The position numbers and the translations under genes are program-made. A stretch of 63,228 nt of DNA from a virus, in the IMG/VR virus record IMGVR_UViG_3300020595_000002, positions 1 to 63,228 of that record. One strand, written 5' to 3'. Positions 60,966 through 63,228 of the stretch are shown here, piece by piece. Positions within the stretch are counted from its first letter, which is position 1. Every line of letters starts with the position of its first letter. Below the pieces are notes generated by a model. It was not told the origin of the DNA. It did no database searches and saw only the letters and a list, made by a program, of their open reading frames with translations.

Positions 60966-61346
60966 ATGACACTTCTAAAACAAATACTATACCTGGCAAT
61001 CTGCATCTATCACGAAGCGCGAGGCGAGAGCGCAAAAGGTCAAGTTGCAGTTGGTCACGTAATTATGAACCGAGTGCAAAGCCGTGATAAATCAGTTGAG
61101 GATATTGTCTTACAACCTTATCAGTTCTCATGGGCGAACAATAACAAAAGACCGCCTATCTCAAACTATGGCTCTTTAGCAAAGTGCTATGACTCCGCAA
61201 TGGTTTGCCTTGAAGAACGATTGAACGGACAAGACCTTCACGGAGCAGACCATTATTTTGCGGAGTACATTGAAATGCCATATTGGGCTAAAGATATGGT
61301 GCAGGTTGAGAAGATCGGACAGCATATTTTTTACAGAAGTTCTTAA
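60966..61346 (+). CDS. Endolysin, SleB-type cell wall hydrolase (Hydrolase_2)
   Basis: AICIYHEARGESAKGQVAVGHVIMNRV...QPYQFSW is the SleB-family signature. Confidence 0.85.
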   Translation: MTLLKQILYLAICIYHEARGESAKGQVAVGHVIMNRVQSRDKSVEDIVLQPYQFSWANNNKRPPISNYGSLAKCYDSAMVCLEERLNGQDLHGADHYFAEYIEMPYWAKDMVQVEKIGQHIFYRSS

Positions 61347-61383
61347 CTGTTTTTTATATTAACAAATAACACGTGATTGTGTC

Positions 61384-61701
61384 TCAGTATAATCCTTCAC
61401 TAAATAGACAGTTTTCAAGACCACCGCAACCACGCTCGATGTCTACCTTTTGTCCAGCGGCAATGGCAACTTTCATGGATTCTTCCCTGTCTAAGAAATC
61501 ACCGAACTGATCAATAAAACCTTCTTCCCAGTTAGCACCGTCTCCAGGCTTTAGCGTTCCATTAATCGCTTTAATCTGGGAAACCATAACTTTGTCAAAA
61601 TGTCTTGCCCCGGCAATTATCACATTACCTTTTTTGCACGCTGCACAAACAACAACTTGCTTTGGTTTTCTTATATTATTATCTTTCCAGTAATCAACCA
61701 T
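61384..61701 (-). CDS. Hypothetical protein co-transcribed downstream of int
   Basis: 105 aa. SD AAGGTGA. Starts 12 nt after the int stop. Motifs AGARHFD, EEGFIDQFGDFLDREES, LFSEGLY. Confidence 0.6.
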   Translation of the reverse strand: MVDYWKDNNIRKPKQVVVCAACKKGNVIIAGARHFDKVMVSQIKAINGTLKPGDGANWEEGFIDQFGDFLDREESMKVAIAAGQKVDIERGCGGLENCLFSEGLY

Positions 61702-61713
61702 CTTTCACCTTTT

Positions 61714-62943
61714 TTAACCGTTTTTTATCTTAACAACCTTATCCGGTAACGAAACTTCCTTCTCCATGGCATCCACAGCCTGCTGCATGGCATTACGAAC
61801 AGGTGAGAGAGTAAGGTGGATATAATGAGCTGTAGCATCCCTTGACTTATGTCCAAGTGCTTTACCTATAATGTCACCGCTGATACCAGAAATAGCTTGC
61901 CAGCTGCCTTGAGTCCTTCTTAGATCGTGTAATCTGTAATCTGTTGGTAGACCGGCGTTTTTTAAGAAAGATTTCCATGCCCTTTTTGGTTCGACAATAT
62001 GACCTGTTTTGCTCTTCTCGGAAGGGAAAACAAAAACCGACTTAGTTCTCTTCTTTCTCTTCTCAAGTATCTCTACGGCACCGTCAATCAAAGGAATTAC
62101 CAACTCTTCCTGATCGTTCTCGCTTTTAACCTCTGGAATTATCCAAAATTTGAGAGAAAGGTCAACGTCCTTCCACTGCATAGAAAGCACGTTTGCTCTT
62201 CTTGCGCCGGTATATAAAAAGATTAAGAGCATGTCTTTTAAGTATTCCGGCGTTTTTTTGTTATCAAGAGTTTTGAAGAAAGCTCGAAGGTGGTCGGATC
62301 TCAAGAAAACCTTTCTTTTCTTTTCGTGGTACTTTGGAATATCCTTACACGGGTTTGGTAGGTCGCTGGCGAATCGGTTGTACATACTTCTGACAATACC
62401 AAAGGCTCTATTAACTGTCGTCTTTGATATGCAATCTCCGCTATTCTTGCCCCTAATCTTCTTCTGGTCAAGAACCTTACGCCGCCATGCCTTGATATCC
62501 GACTCTTTTATGGCAGATATTTTCTTTTTCCCGAGATACTTCTTAATATAAAGATTGTATTTGCTCTCATCTTCCTTCCAGGTTTTCTTATTCTCCTTGG
62601 CATATTCCAGCCACTTTTCAAAAAGCCTATCAAGGGTGAGCTCTAAGTTTGTCTCAGTCAGCCCTCTTTTGATGTCCTTTCCTGCGGCAATTTGCTGTAC
62701 ATGCTCTCTGGCAATATCTCTTGCCGTATTGATACCTATTTTCGGATATCGGCCAATGGTGACAACCACAGGCTTTTTCCTAGAGGCATCCCAAGCATTT
62801 AATCGAAAGCTGATTGTGTTATTTGTGGTAAGGCAGATCTGCAAACCATAGCAAATAGAATCATAGAAATAGATTTTCTTGCCGGTCTGGTTCGTTAATT
62901 TTCTGAGTTTTGAATCGGTAAAATTGAACTTGTTTTCTGACAT
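61714..62943 (-). CDS. int: Tyrosine integrase, P4-type (DUF4102 arm-binding N-domain)
   Basis: N-terminal LRKLTNQTGKKIYFYDS...GRYPKIGINTARDIARE. Catalytic HDLRRT ... GHKSRDATAHYIH. Confidence 0.95.
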   Translation of the reverse strand: MSENKFNFTDSKLRKLTNQTGKKIYFYDSICYGLQICLTTNNTISFRLNAWDASRKKPVVVTIGRYPKIGINTARDIAREHVQQIAAGKDIKRGLTETNLELTLDRLFEKWLEYAKENKKTWKEDESKYNLYIKKYLGKKKISAIKESDIKAWRRKVLDQKKIRGKNSGDCISKTTVNRAFGIVRSMYNRFASDLPNPCKDIPKYHEKKRKVFLRSDHLRAFFKTLDNKKTPEYLKDMLLIFLYTGARRANVLSMQWKDVDLSLKFWIIPEVKSENDQEELVIPLIDGAVEILEKRKKRTKSVFVFPSEKSKTGHIVEPKRAWKSFLKNAGLPTDYRLHDLRRTQGSWQAISGISGDIIGKALGHKSRDATAHYIHLTLSPVRNAMQQAVDAMEKEVSLPDKVVKIKNG

Positions 62944-62954
62944 GATATTTCCCC

Positions 62955-62976
62955 TGGATATATGCCGGATATATGA
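62955..62976 (+). promoter_or_regulatory. Candidate integrase arm-type site pair, copy next to the int start codon
   Basis: Identical 22-mer to 107-128. Lies 12 nt upstream of the int start (62943, minus strand). Confidence 0.45.
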
Positions 62977-62996
62977 AACGCATAGTTAATGCAGTT

Positions 62997-63017
62997 AGTA
63001 TAAGGGATAGTAAGGGA
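62997..63017 (+). repeat. Two adjacent AGTA(T)AAGGGA direct repeats in the attP arm
   Basis: agtataaggga t agtaaggga, read directly. Lies between int and the tRNA-like core. Confidence 0.35.
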
Positions 63018-63101
63018 AATAGCAACCATATTTAAAACCGATAAAACCTTATAAAGATAGCATAAAATTACAATGCGGGAATTTCAAGGAAAGCTACAGA
63101 T

Positions 63102-63161
63102 ACATAGCCCCACGGCCTTCTAAGCCGTAGGTCACAGGTTCGAATCCTGTCTGGCGTACCA
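63102..63161 (+). tRNA. Partial tRNA-Arg(UCU) 3' segment; candidate attP core next to the integrase
   Basis: Same fold as 1-60. The upstream sequence (63076-63101) has no ACGCCAG-type 5' acceptor strand and no D-stem partner, so it is not a complete tRNA gene. Confidence 0.65.
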
Positions 63162-63228
63162 ATAAATATAGGTGGTTAAGTCGTTAAGGCTTAATCGCTT
63201 TTTTGTTTGGATATATGCCGGATATATG
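63102..63228. repeat. Terminal direct repeat, second copy of 1-127
   Basis: Identical 127 nt to the window start. Confidence 0.95.

Noticed and set aside
1-63228. Interpretation of the 127-bp end repeats as attL/attR of an integrated prophage.
   Set aside because: There is no host sequence outside the repeats, and the window borders equal the repeat borders. The duplicated stretch also runs well past the tRNA end and includes an arm-type site. A circular-assembly overlap explains this better. The idea is kept as an alternative in the findings.

Overview
The window closes on itself: bases 1-127 are identical to 63102-63228, so the unique length is 63,101 bp. It reads as one complete temperate dsDNA phage genome, most likely a circular assembly rather than a prophage with host flanks. 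Almost all genes are on the + strand.

Gene order:
- Lysogeny switch: XRE/CI-like repressor on the minus strand, divergent Cro-like and excisionase-type HTH genes.
- Recombination module: SbcC/Rad50-like ATPase, RecT, MBL-fold protein.
- Long run of small early genes that includes KTSC, an MmcB-like nuclease, Gp37/Gp68 (DUF5131), an ASCH-like protein, an amino-methyltransferase, SSB and a C5-cytosine methyltransferase.
- Replication genes: organizer, DnaC-like loader, RuvC-like resolvase.
- Packaging and head: TerS, TerL, portal, scaffold, N4-gp56-like major capsid protein.
- About 10 kb of unassigned virion genes, with no recognisable tape measure or sheath.
- A minus-strand two-gene moron.
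- An ORF6N antirepressor behind a long structured leader.
- An accessory block with an ACP-domain protein and an aberrant tRNA-like element.
- A 3310-aa multidomain 'polyvalent' protein.
- Three Sec-signal-bearing fibre or depolymerase-like proteins.
- A translationally coupled lysis cassette with a SleB-type endolysin.
- A P4-type tyrosine integrase next to an attP that carries the 3' part of tRNA-Arg(UCU).

Most unusual observations:
1. A 337-codon +1 ORF lies inside the C5-methyltransferase gene, and both frames carry family-like motifs.
2. The giant ParB, N6-MTase and HExxH protein has a triple N-terminal repeat.
3. Two cassette-like insertions each start with a conserved structured box whose inner stem shows compensatory changes. 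A paralogous 'empty site' exists elsewhere in the genome.
4. A tRNA-like element has perfect acceptor and T arms but about 95 nt between the D and T arms.
5. Promoter, short structured RNA and terminator modules sit in front of the late gene blocks.

All family assignments come from motif recognition by eye. No searches were run.
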